DNA from: an uncultured virus (IMG/VR IMGVR_UViG_3300015371_000018)
Lineage: Duplodnaviria; Heunggongvirae; Uroviricota; Caudoviricetes
Strand: one strand, 5' to 3'
IMG/VR virus record: IMGVR_UViG_3300015371_000018
DNA: 64,000 bases
Shown piece by piece: positions 1 through 9,087 of this stretch. The first letter of the stretch is position 1; every line of letters starts with the position of its first letter. The position numbers were made by a program, and so were the translations under genes. The notes beneath the pieces are model-generated. The model was not told the origin of the DNA and did not search any database. It saw only the letters and a program-made list of their open reading frames with translations.

Positions 1-150
1 ATACGTGCTGCGCCTGGGATGGATGAGAGGAATTTGTGCGCGGCAGAGAAAGTGTAAGCGCCTGTGTCAACGCCCACGACTTTAATTACAGCCGTGTCCG
101 CATCAATTTCCCCGGCGAGAAATCCTTCCCGCCCTGGGTTGAATAATTGA

Positions 151-576
151 TTAGACATTCAGGCCACTCCTGACCCACTCGCCTTCTTCTTCTCTGGCGG
201 CAGCGGCATCGTTGTAAGCAGCCAAATCCTTGTTCTGCGATTTGACGGCTTTAGTGAATCCTGTTTTATTCACTTCTCGATTATGCTCAGCGGTTACCTC
301 GCGCCATTCCTCAAGCAATTGTTCTTCATCCATCTGAAGGTATCGCTTGAGCGCACTTTTATCTTCCACTTGAGAAAGGGTACGAATCACACCCGTAAGC
401 GGATGAGCATCTTGGCCTCCAATTAATTGAGGCATAGCTTCTGCAATCTCAGCCTGAGGGGCAAGAGAACCAGCAGTAGCCTCAATATCATGAAGAGTCA
501 GGTTAGACAGCCCACCTTCTTTCAGGCGAATTACCCTGTGGATGATCCTTCCCTTTTCACTGGCGTCAGCCGCCAT
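151..576 (-). CDS. hypothetical protein
   Basis: 141-aa ORF with AAAGGA RBS upstream, co-directional with neighbours. Confidence 0.7.
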   Translation of the reverse strand: MAADASEKGRIIHRVIRLKEGGLSNLTLHDIEATAGSLAPQAEIAEAMPQLIGGQDAHPLTGVIRTLSQVEDKSALKRYLQMDEEQLLEEWREVTAEHNREVNKTGFTKAVKSQNKDLAAYNDAAAAREEEGEWVRSGLNV

Positions 577-594
577 GGTTTATCCTTTCTTTAA

Positions 595-993
595 TTAATT
601 GCCCGAAGGCGTTCCACCATGAGAGCCGATGGGGGTTTCCCCAGGCTGATCAGGGTGCTCAGGGGCAACTTCATCGCCCTCAGGGGGCATGTCACCTGTG
701 CCACGTTTATTTTCAACTACACCCGCATTAGCAGGTTCGGTCTGTGGCTTAATTGCTTCTTTTTCTTCTTCAGAAGGCTTAGCTTCCTGATCATCCATTT
801 CGAAATATTCCTTCTCTCCATCAACCACTTCAAATACCTCTGTAGCTCCTGCCGACCAAGCTGCATCAACAGCAGTCTTCTTACGCTTATAAGTCTCAGA
901 CGTAGAGAGAACCCTGTTGTTCTTGGCTAGTTGAACAAAATAAAATTGGCCATCCTTGGAAGGACGAACCTCGAATCTGAGTTGATCATTCAT
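595..993 (-). CDS. YegP/DUF1508-family domain protein with acidic disordered tail
   Basis: N-terminal RFEVRPSKDGQFYF..LAKNNRVLSTSETYKRK matches the YegP/DUF1508 pattern. Confidence 0.75.
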   Translation of the reverse strand: MNDQLRFEVRPSKDGQFYFVQLAKNNRVLSTSETYKRKKTAVDAAWSAGATEVFEVVDGEKEYFEMDDQEAKPSEEEKEAIKPQTEPANAGVVENKRGTGDMPPEGDEVAPEHPDQPGETPIGSHGGTPSGN

Positions 994-1139
994 GTCCGAT
1001 GGACGTTAGGTCCGTTCCAGCGTGCAGTCGGGACGGTTTCATTGCTGACCCGCTGATAGCGAATCTTTTTACTCCCCTTCGGGACGCCCTTGGACTTCCT
1101 CTGGTTTTGCTTGATGGCTGCTTTGGCTCCCCGAGCCAT
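990..1139 (-). CDS. small basic protein (49 aa), absent from the ORF track
   Basis: AAGGAGG RBS before ATG 1139; MARGAKAAIKQNQRKSKGVPKGSKKIRYQ...; its stop overlaps the next ATG (ATGA at 990-993). Confidence 0.6.
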   Translation of the reverse strand: MARGAKAAIKQNQRKSKGVPKGSKKIRYQRVSNETVPTARWNGPNVHRT

Positions 1140-1311
1140 TTAAGCCCTCCTTGGTTGGAGTTGTTTGTGGGCCTTGGTCTTCCTGTGGCTCATATTCTTG
1201 GAGCCTCGCAGTTAGAGATTGATTAATTTCAGAGACAGTAGAAAGCTCGCTATACAAAGTCGCCTGAAGCTTAAGAATCGCCACTGCTTCTTCTGGACTA
1301 ATTCCCTGCAT
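1069..1311 (-). CDS. small coiled-coil protein downstream of fibre gene (possible chaperone)
   Basis: AGGAG RBS; heptad-like N-terminal half; directly follows the fibre gene. Confidence 0.55.
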   Translation of the reverse strand: MQGISPEEAVAILKLQATLYSELSTVSEINQSLTARLQEYEPQEDQGPQTTPTKEGLNGSGSQSSHQAKPEEVQGRPEGE

Positions 1312-1318
1312 GTTTCTC

Positions 1319-2629
1319 CTAAGTCAGGGTGGCGAAATGCCATTGCCCGTTCGAGTACCGGCAATAAAGCCGCCCGTTGGTTTCGTCTATCGCCATCAGA
1401 CCGGTCGCCGGATTATTGAAATCAGAATCAGAAATAGTACCTGCCTTGGTCCTAGTGCTGATCCCGTTGGGCGAAAGAATTTCTCCTATGCCCGAGGCCA
1501 CTTGGATCGCCGGTCCTGTCGATCCAGAGAACCTACCCGATATATGAATTCCGTGCGTGCGCCAGGCTGATATCTCGATGCCCTTACCGAAGCGCTGGCC
1601 GGTATTGGGCCAAGCGTGGCCTTGTCCACCGATCCGCAGAGCTACAGAAAATCCGTCGCGGAGGTTGTCGGCAAGACCGTTGCCCGAGTTGCCGGTGATA
1701 TGGACGCCTGCATCAATTGGATAAGTTGGACGACCGTCATCTGAGCCATCCTGATTTGGATTAGCCCATGATGGTGCCCATGTCTGCGTAGTTACCTCAA
1801 CCGCCGCAAAAATACCTGCTGAGCTTGGACGGCCGTTGTAGTGGTTATTCATGCAAATAGTAAAACCGGTCATCAAGTTAGGCTGTACGGCTGGCCCAAC
1901 TTGAATCCAGTCTGTTAACCAGATGCGCGGTGAATTTACTGTAGTGAAATCGGCTTGGTAATTAGCTTGCGGAGTAAATTCATTAGCTGAATTTCCTACA
2001 GTGTATATTTGCTGAAGTGAAGTAAATCCATGGCCAGTTCCTACTACATTCGTTCCATCTGAACCAACAATGCTAGTTACTCCAAGAGCATGGCCGAGAA
2101 AGGTGCCAGCACTAGCATTTATTTGATTCTCAACCTTAGTGACAGCCATCGTATTACGGCTACCACCTGGATTAGCACGATCAGTAGACCATACTTGGAA
2201 TAAATGATCTGCACGAGCAGTTGCCGTATTAATGTCTAAAATAGAACCAGCACTGGACGGAGCCCAATGCATACGACCAGATGTATCTCGATACCAGCGT
2301 AATGGAGGTGCGGTGGCACCACCTGGGCCTAAGCGAATCTCAGGAACACTTGAATCAATGAGGATCGATGGCTGAGTATCATCAGAATCTATGAAAAAAC
2401 GGATCGCAGGCTGACCCGCTGCAATCGTTCTATGCTCAAGGATTCCAAGCTTATTTACTCTAAATATAGATACGCCATTTGGATCTTCAACCCTAAAAAT
2501 ATCGGCCGATGATCCAGTAAACGCACGCAACGTAAGTGGAGCCCCATTAGCCCCGGAAGGTTGGATACGATTTTGTGTTGCAGTTCTAGGCCGTAGCGAA
2601 AGCGCAGGCTGAGCAATTGATTGAAGCAA
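1319..2629 (-). CDS. tail fibre / receptor-binding-like virion protein
   Basis: 436 aa, G/S/T/N-rich and beta-structured; C-terminal G.MAIDETNGRLY.RYSNGQW fibre-type motif. Confidence 0.6.
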   Translation of the reverse strand: MLQSIAQPALSLRPRTATQNRIQPSGANGAPLTLRAFTGSSADIFRVEDPNGVSIFRVNKLGILEHRTIAAGQPAIRFFIDSDDTQPSILIDSSVPEIRLGPGGATAPPLRWYRDTSGRMHWAPSSAGSILDINTATARADHLFQVWSTDRANPGGSRNTMAVTKVENQINASAGTFLGHALGVTSIVGSDGTNVVGTGHGFTSLQQIYTVGNSANEFTPQANYQADFTTVNSPRIWLTDWIQVGPAVQPNLMTGFTICMNNHYNGRPSSAGIFAAVEVTTQTWAPSWANPNQDGSDDGRPTYPIDAGVHITGNSGNGLADNLRDGFSVALRIGGQGHAWPNTGQRFGKGIEISAWRTHGIHISGRFSGSTGPAIQVASGIGEILSPNGISTRTKAGTISDSDFNNPATGLMAIDETNGRLYCRYSNGQWHFATLT

Positions 2630-2630
2630 A

Positions 2631-2750
2631 TTAATTCCTTTTACTCTTGGTGCTCGCTATTCTGGCAGCGCTCGATTTCGACATATGCCGACGATTCCTC
2701 AGCGCGTGATAGATGCGCCACCATCGTTTAGAGCGACCGCGCCCCGGCAT
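2631..2750 (-). CDS. small basic protein (39 aa) of the actinobacterial Y.ALR...SK..AARIA type
   Basis: MPGRGRSKRWWRIYHALRNRRHMSKSSAARIASTKSKRN; below the ORF-track length cutoff. Confidence 0.65.
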   Translation of the reverse strand: MPGRGRSKRWWRIYHALRNRRHMSKSSAARIASTKSKRN

Positions 2751-2849
2751 CAGCGGCGGAACCTCAACCGCAGACAGGGCACAGGAGTACCTGGCTTCCC
2801 CCAAGCCATTTAAGTTCCCCCGCCATGGATCATAATCATGACGGGCGGA

Positions 2850-2858
2850 AGCATATCA
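2850..2858 (-). promoter_or_regulatory. putative extended -10 promoter (TGATATGCT)
   Basis: TGn-TAnnnT in an intergenic gap, followed by a GC-rich spacer like the other promoters in the window. Confidence 0.4.
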
Positions 2859-2864
2859 CAGCTT

Positions 2865-3059
2865 TTACGTCATCTTGGTAATACCTCCATCGGCGTCGAT
2901 AACCCATTGCTGGCCACGAATAGAGATACTTAAGGGCATACCTATCTCTGTGGGCCAGCTTACTTGCTTAATTGGTTCAGCCAGTAGGTGCTGTGCTGAT
3001 TCCCATTGCTCATTTGTAGTATTATGACGGTAATAGTCTGTCACAAGAGTAGGGCTCAT
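2865..3059 (-). CDS. hypothetical protein
   Basis: 64-aa ORF coupled to the upstream stop (TAATG). Confidence 0.6.
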   Translation of the reverse strand: MSPTLVTDYYRHNTTNEQWESAQHLLAEPIKQVSWPTEIGMPLSISIRGQQWVIDADGGITKMT

Positions 3060-3460
3060 TAAAGTAAAGACTCCCTTGATCTGGCTATTCGCTTAGAAGC
3101 TTTGTCAGGCTCTATATAATTAAGCTCATCAGTTGTCAAAAGCTGCTTGGCAACATCGAGCGGAAACCATATACCTTTTTCTCCGTGAATGTCAAGAGCC
3201 AATGCAGGCTCGACATTTCCGCCGCCAGCCATCACGCTTTTTGCTACTCGTTTTACTTCCTGAAACCACGTGCGCTTAATAGTTATCGTGTCATTATCAG
3301 TTGCTTTGCACGAGATAATGAATACGCGACCGCCTTTAACATCAAGCTTGAGAAATTTTCCTGAACCCGATCCGGGTACCTGTTCGCCATCGAACTCCTG
3401 GGCAATTTCTGCTTCGAACGCATCTCCGATTTCCTTTGGTGTTCGCCTCACACTTGCCAA
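3059..3460 (-). CDS. PD-(D/E)XK Holliday-junction-resolvase-like nuclease
   Basis: GDAFEAEIA..PGSGSG...DVK...ISCK pattern typical of phage Hjc-like resolvases. Confidence 0.7.
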   Translation of the reverse strand: MASVRRTPKEIGDAFEAEIAQEFDGEQVPGSGSGKFLKLDVKGGRVFIISCKATDNDTITIKRTWFQEVKRVAKSVMAGGGNVEPALALDIHGEKGIWFPLDVAKQLLTTDELNYIEPDKASKRIARSRESLL

Positions 3461-4065
3461 CCTAAGTAATTTCGTAAATCTTGTTCCATAGCTATAGCTC
3501 TGATCCTGTTCTTGATTCCGCAGTAATGTCTCACAACAGGATGATCTTCACGGCCGTAACAATCATTAAAGAATTGCGTACAGAAAACCATGAAGCGCAT
3601 GTACTCAAAGCGAGGATTCCCATCTGACCCGAGCATACGATGTACTGCTGCCTGCTCCCAAATCATATGGTTTATTAAATCCTCCTGCTCCCACACTTCA
3701 TCTAGAAATCTGAGAGCCCGTCCTGTGTTCTTGATCCACCAGATTCCACAATTGACCACTTCCTTGTCTTCCTCGGCCAGCATGCAGAAAGCTGTGGTTT
3801 GATCTAATAAATCCATCGGATCTATATCGAACCGAAGAAACAACGCATCATTATCGATGAAGAAAACGCGGTCGTAGATACCGAGCGCGCTCCGCATCAG
3901 TTTGATTTTATGCCAGGAAGCTGGCCTGTCTACCGTGGGATCGACACGACCAACCGTATAGTCGTAACCCTGCCGGTCAGCAAAATGTTTGTGGGTAGGT
4001 CCGCTGAGCAGGTGTAATTTCTCATGCTCTTCGCCGTCAACCAGAGTCAGGAGCAGCTTTTTCAT
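3448..4065 (-). CDS. glycosyltransferase, GT-A fold, GT34 (GMA12/MNN10)-like
   Basis: RPASWHKI, YDRVFFIDND (DxD), NCGIW and WEQAA motifs. Confidence 0.8.
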   Translation of the reverse strand: MKKLLLTLVDGEEHEKLHLLSGPTHKHFADRQGYDYTVGRVDPTVDRPASWHKIKLMRSALGIYDRVFFIDNDALFLRFDIDPMDLLDQTTAFCMLAEEDKEVVNCGIWWIKNTGRALRFLDEVWEQEDLINHMIWEQAAVHRMLGSDGNPRFEYMRFMVFCTQFFNDCYGREDHPVVRHYCGIKNRIRAIAMEQDLRNYLGWQV

Positions 4066-4228
4066 GGAGCTTTACCGCTTCCGCAAATAAATCGCGGTCA
4101 ATGCGACCTTGAAAGATCGGCACCCTGTACTCCAAGCACTTGGCTATTACTTCCCTCCGATGCAGGCCGGTTTCCCGGCCCAATTCCGTCGGAGTTAAGT
4201 GAATCCGATGCTGCGACGCTTCCACCAC
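4037..4228 (-). CDS. small HTH-like protein, host-like
   Basis: HLTPTELGRETGLHRREVIAKC...VPIFQGRID..LF; recalled as a conserved small protein of Thermoleophilia; GGAGG RBS. Confidence 0.65.
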   Translation of the reverse strand: MVEASQHRIHLTPTELGRETGLHRREVIAKCLEYRVPIFQGRIDRDLFAEAVKLHEKAAPDSG

Positions 4229-4409
4229 CAGCCTCCTTAATAGCTTTTAAATGAGCTTCCCTATCATCAATAGCGTATCTATGTAACCTGCGCGGTGGGC
4301 CGTTATATCCACAAGTGCAAGTAAAATAATGACTAGTTATGTTAGGTAGGCCAGGAGGCGCTTTGCGATCAGAGCGCTGTGTAACTATTTCATGAACGTG
4401 ATCAACCAT
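4098..4409 (-). CDS. hypothetical protein with CxC...H metal-binding motif
   Basis: start coupled to upstream stop (TGATG); 3' part overlaps the next gene. Confidence 0.5.
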   Translation of the reverse strand: MVDHVHEIVTQRSDRKAPPGLPNITSHYFTCTCGYNGPPRRLHRYAIDDREAHLKAIKEAGGGSVAASDSLNSDGIGPGNRPASEGSNSQVLGVQGADLSRSH

Positions 4410-4660
4410 CAGTCCAGCCCAGCTTCAGAACGAAGATCCTGAAGCGACTTCACTAATTGGTCACCTATGTTGACCCTCTGCTTGCGAGCCATAACCAAAA
4501 GCCTGATGATATTTAACGAGAACATCTCATCAGGATGGCGAGCACTACGATCAATGGATAAAGCTTCTGGAACTTCAATCGCCGCATCCGCTAATTCATT
4601 AATCATAGCCGCATGAGCCGACACTATAACCTCAACCTCAGCTTGCTTTTTCTTCGGCAT
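4409..4660 (-). CDS. hypothetical protein (helical)
   Basis: translationally coupled on both sides. Confidence 0.65.
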   Translation of the reverse strand: MPKKKQAEVEVIVSAHAAMINELADAAIEVPEALSIDRSARHPDEMFSLNIIRLLVMARKQRVNIGDQLVKSLQDLRSEAGLD

Positions 4661-4854
4661 CAGACACCTTCCTCTTCACGATCCGCGATTGCATTCATTT
4701 CCTGTGGCATCCCCGGCAGCAGCCGAGAATCATAGTCATAACAAGGCACGTTTCTATCGCCGACATGCCCCGGTGCCTCGCATGGACCAACAGGAAAAGT
4801 CATAAATCCACCGGGCCAGCTATTCGCCTCTTTACAATTGAAACAGTATTTCAT
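4660..4854 (-). CDS. small Cys/His-rich hypothetical protein
   Basis: CxxC...C...H...C; ATGA overlap. Confidence 0.6.
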   Translation of the reverse strand: MKYCFNCKEANSWPGGFMTFPVGPCEAPGHVGDRNVPCYDYDSRLLPGMPQEMNAIADREEEGV

Positions 4855-5105
4855 TTTACTTTATCTGGTAAACGAGCCATAACAATGGTGCCTTTGTTGG
4901 TCACCTTATTCTCTAGCTCGACACCGAGTCGCTTTTCTAGCATCTTGACGTATTTATCAATATGCTCTGGCATGTACGGTCTGACTGTAACTGTCATCAT
5001 ACCACCAAGCCGGGGACTAGTCCATTCAAGCGGAGCGTACCACCTCCTGAGCCAAGGTGATCCTCTGTACGCCTGAGGGCCGTGGCAATTTACGTGCTGA
5101 ATCAT
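4851..5105 (-). CDS. hypothetical protein (start uncertain)
   Basis: fills the gap between coupled genes. Confidence 0.45.
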   Translation of the reverse strand: MIQHVNCHGPQAYRGSPWLRRWYAPLEWTSPRLGGMMTVTVRPYMPEHIDKYVKMLEKRLGVELENKVTNKGTIVMARLPDKVK

Positions 5106-5310
5106 CCAGCATTACCAGGGTGTCAGGAGAAAGGACGACATTGCTTTCAGGTAAACCGTAGCCCTTCGCTACTTCCTGTGCCTTCTCCTGCGAAAATCCT
5201 AACGGGACAGTGCAACCTTTGTCAGACAGGCCCGTGATGAATTTATGAATGCCACCACAGCCTTTGCACTTGATGCCGCTGTTCTCGATAACAAAAACTC
5301 CGTCGGTCAT
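5026..5310 (-). CDS. hypothetical protein with CxxC..H motif
   Basis: AAGGA RBS; CKGCGGIH. Confidence 0.55.
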   Translation of the reverse strand: MTDGVFVIENSGIKCKGCGGIHKFITGLSDKGCTVPLGFSQEKAQEVAKGYGLPESNVVLSPDTLVMLDDSARKLPRPSGVQRITLAQEVVRSA

Positions 5311-5318
5311 TAAATTCC

Positions 5319-5600
5319 TTACGCTTGATCTACCATCGCTGCCATTCTAGCGCGATGGGCACGAGCAGCATCTTGGTTTTGCTCTTGTTGAAGTTGATCA
5401 GGAACAAAGTGCTCGTCTTTTTGTTCGATCAATTCGCCTTTGAAAAAACGTCCATCAAAGACAAGCCGCACCTTTTTGATATCAGGATGCCCTGGCGTGC
5501 CTTTGTCGATGTAAACCTCTTCAGGTTTTCCATCTGGCCCGACGACTGGATAAGTTCTCAAATCACGCCTTCCATTCCCATTCATGCGCGCGGCTTCCAA
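5319..5600 (-). CDS. hypothetical protein (probable start ATG 5585)
   Basis: ATGA overlap with the upstream lysin stop. Confidence 0.6.
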   Translation of the reverse strand: MEAARMNGNGRRDLRTYPVVGPDGKPEEVYIDKGTPGHPDIKKVRLVFDGRFFKGELIEQKDEHFVPDQLQQEQNQDAARAHRARMAAMVDQA

Positions 5601-6448
5601 TCTTCAACTAAAGCACAGACATTTCCTTTATGATTATGCTCTGGACTTCCGAGTGCATAGTTCTGGCACCATTCAAACGGTGTTCTCACCGGAGCGCCAT
5701 CACTAAACTTGTAACCTTTTCCATTATTGACTTCGGTTACCCAATCCTGTGGAGTAGTCCAGTAACTTGAATGATGATCGCGCTCCTTGGAATAATTATC
5801 CGCCCCCGTCTGGTAGTTATGGAAAAGCATTGCCAGCCGCCACGCGCGCTCTTCAGCGGTTGGTATGTAATCTAATACATTGCTATTTTGGGTTCCATCC
5901 CTACGAAGATAAATCTCGTACCGATTACGTAGATTAATCGATGAATTAACTAGCTGTTCCCTGACGCTAGCTGCTGTCATCAATTGCTGAGTACCAAATA
6001 CGTTGGTGCCTTCAATCGGATAGAGCCGCTGCTGAATTACGAAGCAATCGCATCCAGGCGGCTTAGACCAATTGACTGCGGTGAACATACCTCCCGACTC
6101 ACCGAGCACCTGGCCATCTAATAGATTCAACGGCAGCCCATGAACCTGATTGAGCCAACCGTCGATCATTCTCTGCTGCGTCTTTGGACCGGCCACCCCA
6201 TCGGCACCGAGGTTCCTATTCTTCTGGTAATTCTTTACCTGACTCTCAGTCTTTTCTCCGAAGATGCCATCTAGAACCAATTCAGTTTTGGCGACTTGAT
6301 TTAGTATTTTCTGGATCGCCCAAACGTTGATTACATCGCTGACCGAATAAGGTTGCTTATCAGGCAGCGTGACGGCTTCTAATTCCTTTAAGACTTCAGG
6401 TCTGGCTATATAGGGTTCGGTAGCGCGGGGTGGCCGTGTCCAACTCAC
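5582..6448 (-). CDS. endolysin-like protein: peptidoglycan-binding domain plus putative lysozyme-like catalytic domain
   Basis: LDGIFGEKTESQVKNYQ..RNLGADGVAGPKT is a PG_binding_1 motif; following GQVLGESGG resembles a lysozyme catalytic Glu motif. Confidence 0.75.
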   Translation of the reverse strand: MSWTRPPRATEPYIARPEVLKELEAVTLPDKQPYSVSDVINVWAIQKILNQVAKTELVLDGIFGEKTESQVKNYQKNRNLGADGVAGPKTQQRMIDGWLNQVHGLPLNLLDGQVLGESGGMFTAVNWSKPPGCDCFVIQQRLYPIEGTNVFGTQQLMTAASVREQLVNSSINLRNRYEIYLRRDGTQNSNVLDYIPTAEERAWRLAMLFHNYQTGADNYSKERDHHSSYWTTPQDWVTEVNNGKGYKFSDGAPVRTPFEWCQNYALGSPEHNHKGNVCALVEDWKPRA

Positions 6449-6458
6449 AATTTATCCC

Positions 6459-6989
6459 TTACTGTAGACCGGGCTTACCTTCAACAGCGCCTTCTGGTGG
6501 CTCATCCCCGAGCCCAGCAGCGATTGCACCCTGTTCGGCAGCAATAGCATTTTGGAAATTCGGGTCATTGTTGCCACGCAGGACAGGATCACGATCAATC
6601 TTGTAGGTACCGATGCCACGGCCAAGCGCCGTGACTGCACCCGCAGGAAGGATCAGCATGAAATACTCGTCATACGTAAGCGAGTCAGTCGTAACGACCA
6701 CAACAAATCCGAAGATCGCTTGGGTATAAACGATGACCGTAGCCCAAGGAACTTTATTGAAAAGATCCTCAAACCCATTGGTGCTAGTAGAAACATCACC
6801 CTTCGCGGCAAAACCACGACCGACCGCGAGGGCAGCGCCGACAGCGGTAGAAATAGTCCACCACTGCTTGAAGTCAATCTCATCCGGGTCAACCAGCGAA
6901 ACCACACCGGCTGCAAGAACAAGCAGCACAATTAAAACAGTTGCGGCTGGCCCTTGATTGAGAAAGCTTTTGATCGGCGACATACTCAC
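6459..6989 (-). CDS. holin-like 4-TM membrane protein with internal duplication
   Basis: two repeats of P.ATV..TM..TM..GRG; lies between two lysins. Confidence 0.7.
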   Translation of the reverse strand: MSMSPIKSFLNQGPAATVLIVLLVLAAGVVSLVDPDEIDFKQWWTISTAVGAALAVGRGFAAKGDVSTSTNGFEDLFNKVPWATVIVYTQAIFGFVVVVTTDSLTYDEYFMLILPAGAVTALGRGIGTYKIDRDPVLRGNNDPNFQNAIAAEQGAIAAGLGDEPPEGAVEGKPGLQ

Positions 6990-6992
6990 CTC

Positions 6993-7760
6993 CTAGATAT
7001 TGTATTTACCTGCAATTACATCAATCAGAACATGCCTGCGCTTCCGGCGATGTTCACGCTTCCCGCTTAGCTTCGCGGCTTGACGGCGCAGGACTTCATC
7101 ATAATGCTTGGCCCAATGATTATGGGCACGCCATTTAGGCCCTTTACCTGAGCGTCCTTCTTCCTCCCTTTCATGCCGATGGAAAATGAGAAGCTTGGCC
7201 CACTTGGTTTCGTTGTCGCTGAGAACCTTAGGCAATTTAATACGTGGCTTCGGCTTGTACCCGCCCACGTAGTTGTAATGCCACCACTCGTTAAATGCCT
7301 CAACCTTGCGCCAACCGAAGCGAGCGCCGTATTTACGAATGTAGTAAACCATCGTGGGCGTTTGAACATCGACAGCTTTACCCCACCCGTGATTACTTGA
7401 GCCCGGATACGCCGCCAGGTTTCCGCGACCTGACTTATATAAATTCCAAAAATACTGCTGCGCCGAGTAGGTGCGATAAGAAGAGTTCGGTCCAAGTGGT
7501 CTGATCCAAACGCCATGCCTACGGCCAATAAATTCCCGCATGTCATTCCATGCGGCTGCGGCTCCATGTTCGAGCCGACCGTAAGGAATTGCTGTAAGCG
7601 CTCCCCCAGGCAATCGGCCATTGGAGTAGGCCGTAAGCTCAGCAATAACTGGCATTTCCGGCCAGAGAGCTTCCATATCATCGCGTAGTGCGACGATCCG
7701 GCGAGCATCGATGTAATTACCTAGCTGCGCCTCAAGATTGTGAATATCTTCTTGGCTCAT
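6993..7760 (-). CDS. endolysin, M15 (VanY-like D-Ala-D-Ala carboxypeptidase) family
   Basis: SSYRTY..Q, AAYPGSSNHGWGKAVD and EWWHY motifs; start set at ATG 7760 (TGATG coupling). Confidence 0.85.
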   Translation of the reverse strand: MSQEDIHNLEAQLGNYIDARRIVALRDDMEALWPEMPVIAELTAYSNGRLPGGALTAIPYGRLEHGAAAAWNDMREFIGRRHGVWIRPLGPNSSYRTYSAQQYFWNLYKSGRGNLAAYPGSSNHGWGKAVDVQTPTMVYYIRKYGARFGWRKVEAFNEWWHYNYVGGYKPKPRIKLPKVLSDNETKWAKLLIFHRHEREEEGRSGKGPKWRAHNHWAKHYDEVLRRQAAKLSGKREHRRKRRHVLIDVIAGKYNI

Positions 7761-8395
7761 CAATCCTCCAACAGAAGCAGAAGTTCTTCGTCTTCTTGCA
7801 TTAATTGAACGAGCCAACTAGCAGGCTCACGTTCCGCTGAGAATACGAACTGACCATCCCTGCGCAATCTAATACGCGAAGGAATTTCCACGTGCTGCAC
7901 TCGCTTAAGCTCGACCCATGCCGGATATCTGACATGGAGTGTGCGAGTGAGCTTGACCCGCGCCTTGAAAGTAAATCGCTTAGTGCGCCGACGCTTCCTT
8001 GGTGCCGGTATCCGGGCCGCATAGGGAGGGAGATGCACGACCGGAGGCGGTTCACCAAGATCGCGTGTGTACGTCGCCTCATTGCCAACCGAATCAATGA
8101 CTGTTATTTCAATAAATGCATCATTGATGGTGACGTTCGGCACCGACGCACCAAGCGAGTACGTATCATCGCCCAACGGACTGGCGAGAAGTTCAACCTC
8201 ATCGTCATCCGACAGGACTAAGAATGCTTCAACTATCTGAGGCTCGTGTGGATCAATTAACTTAACTTGAGCCGTATAGAGCCCTGGTGCTGCATCCGGC
8301 GTAGACAACCACTCAAGCGTAGGCGCATGAGTATCAAGGTTGATCGTAAAGGAGTTCGGAAACTCCCCATACCGGATGATAAATGAGCTAGACAC
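7760..8395 (-). CDS. virion protein with Ig-like domain
   Basis: LDTHAP...IDSVGN Ig-like boundary motifs; paralogous to the two upstream genes. Confidence 0.6.
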   Translation of the reverse strand: MSSSFIIRYGEFPNSFTINLDTHAPTLEWLSTPDAAPGLYTAQVKLIDPHEPQIVEAFLVLSDDDEVELLASPLGDDTYSLGASVPNVTINDAFIEITVIDSVGNEATYTRDLGEPPPVVHLPPYAARIPAPRKRRRTKRFTFKARVKLTRTLHVRYPAWVELKRVQHVEIPSRIRLRRDGQFVFSAEREPASWLVQLMQEDEELLLLLED

Positions 8396-9087
8396 TAGGA
8401 ATTAATTGACCAGTTGCCTGCTGCATCCTGCACGAATACTTTAACTCGTTTATTGCCGTCACCGGCTGATGCAGTTTCTAGGTCCGCACCATCTATTGTA
8501 GATGTGATCGGTGTTGTTGCCGGATAGCCGCCAGCCGAGCCCGACATATTTGTAGATCCAGCAGTAGTGGGTATTTGGGTTCCGGCAGTATGAGCATCCG
8601 AGGCATTCGTGACGACTTTGATTTTGTAAGCTTCGAACGCTGCATCAGCCTGCCAATCAAATGTCGATGTACGTTTACCAGTCTGCTTAGAAATAGTGTT
8701 GGGCGTCGGGCCGGAAGTGACCGTAACTTGAGGCGCAGTCGTATCGAGCGTGATCGAATCTGTCGCTTCAGAAGATACGTTATTAACATCATCACGGATC
8801 TTGACGCGAACTGTTTTCGAACCGTCTGTAGCCGAAAGCCGGACAGACTTGGTGCCGTTAAATGTAATCCAAGGCGCATTCGCTTCGGACGCTCGATACT
8901 CAGAAGTAGCAAATGAATCATCAACGTCACCGTAGATCTTCATCGAATAGCCGGTGGTATCACCGTCGCTAGTCGATATTCCTAAAGTTACGTCGTCATC
9001 AATTGTGAAGGTAGCACCGCTGTTAATTGATACAGCGGGACTACCAGGGGCAGTGGTATCTAGCTCTAAGAGAAATGAGCTTGCCAT
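8395..9087 (-). CDS. virion protein with two Ig-like domains
   Basis: LDTTAP...RDDVNN and LDTTAP...QDAAGNWS repeats. Confidence 0.75.
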   Translation of the reverse strand: MASSFLLELDTTAPGSPAVSINSGATFTIDDDVTLGISTSDGDTTGYSMKIYGDVDDSFATSEYRASEANAPWITFNGTKSVRLSATDGSKTVRVKIRDDVNNVSSEATDSITLDTTAPQVTVTSGPTPNTISKQTGKRTSTFDWQADAAFEAYKIKVVTNASDAHTAGTQIPTTAGSTNMSGSAGGYPATTPITSTIDGADLETASAGDGNKRVKVFVQDAAGNWSINS

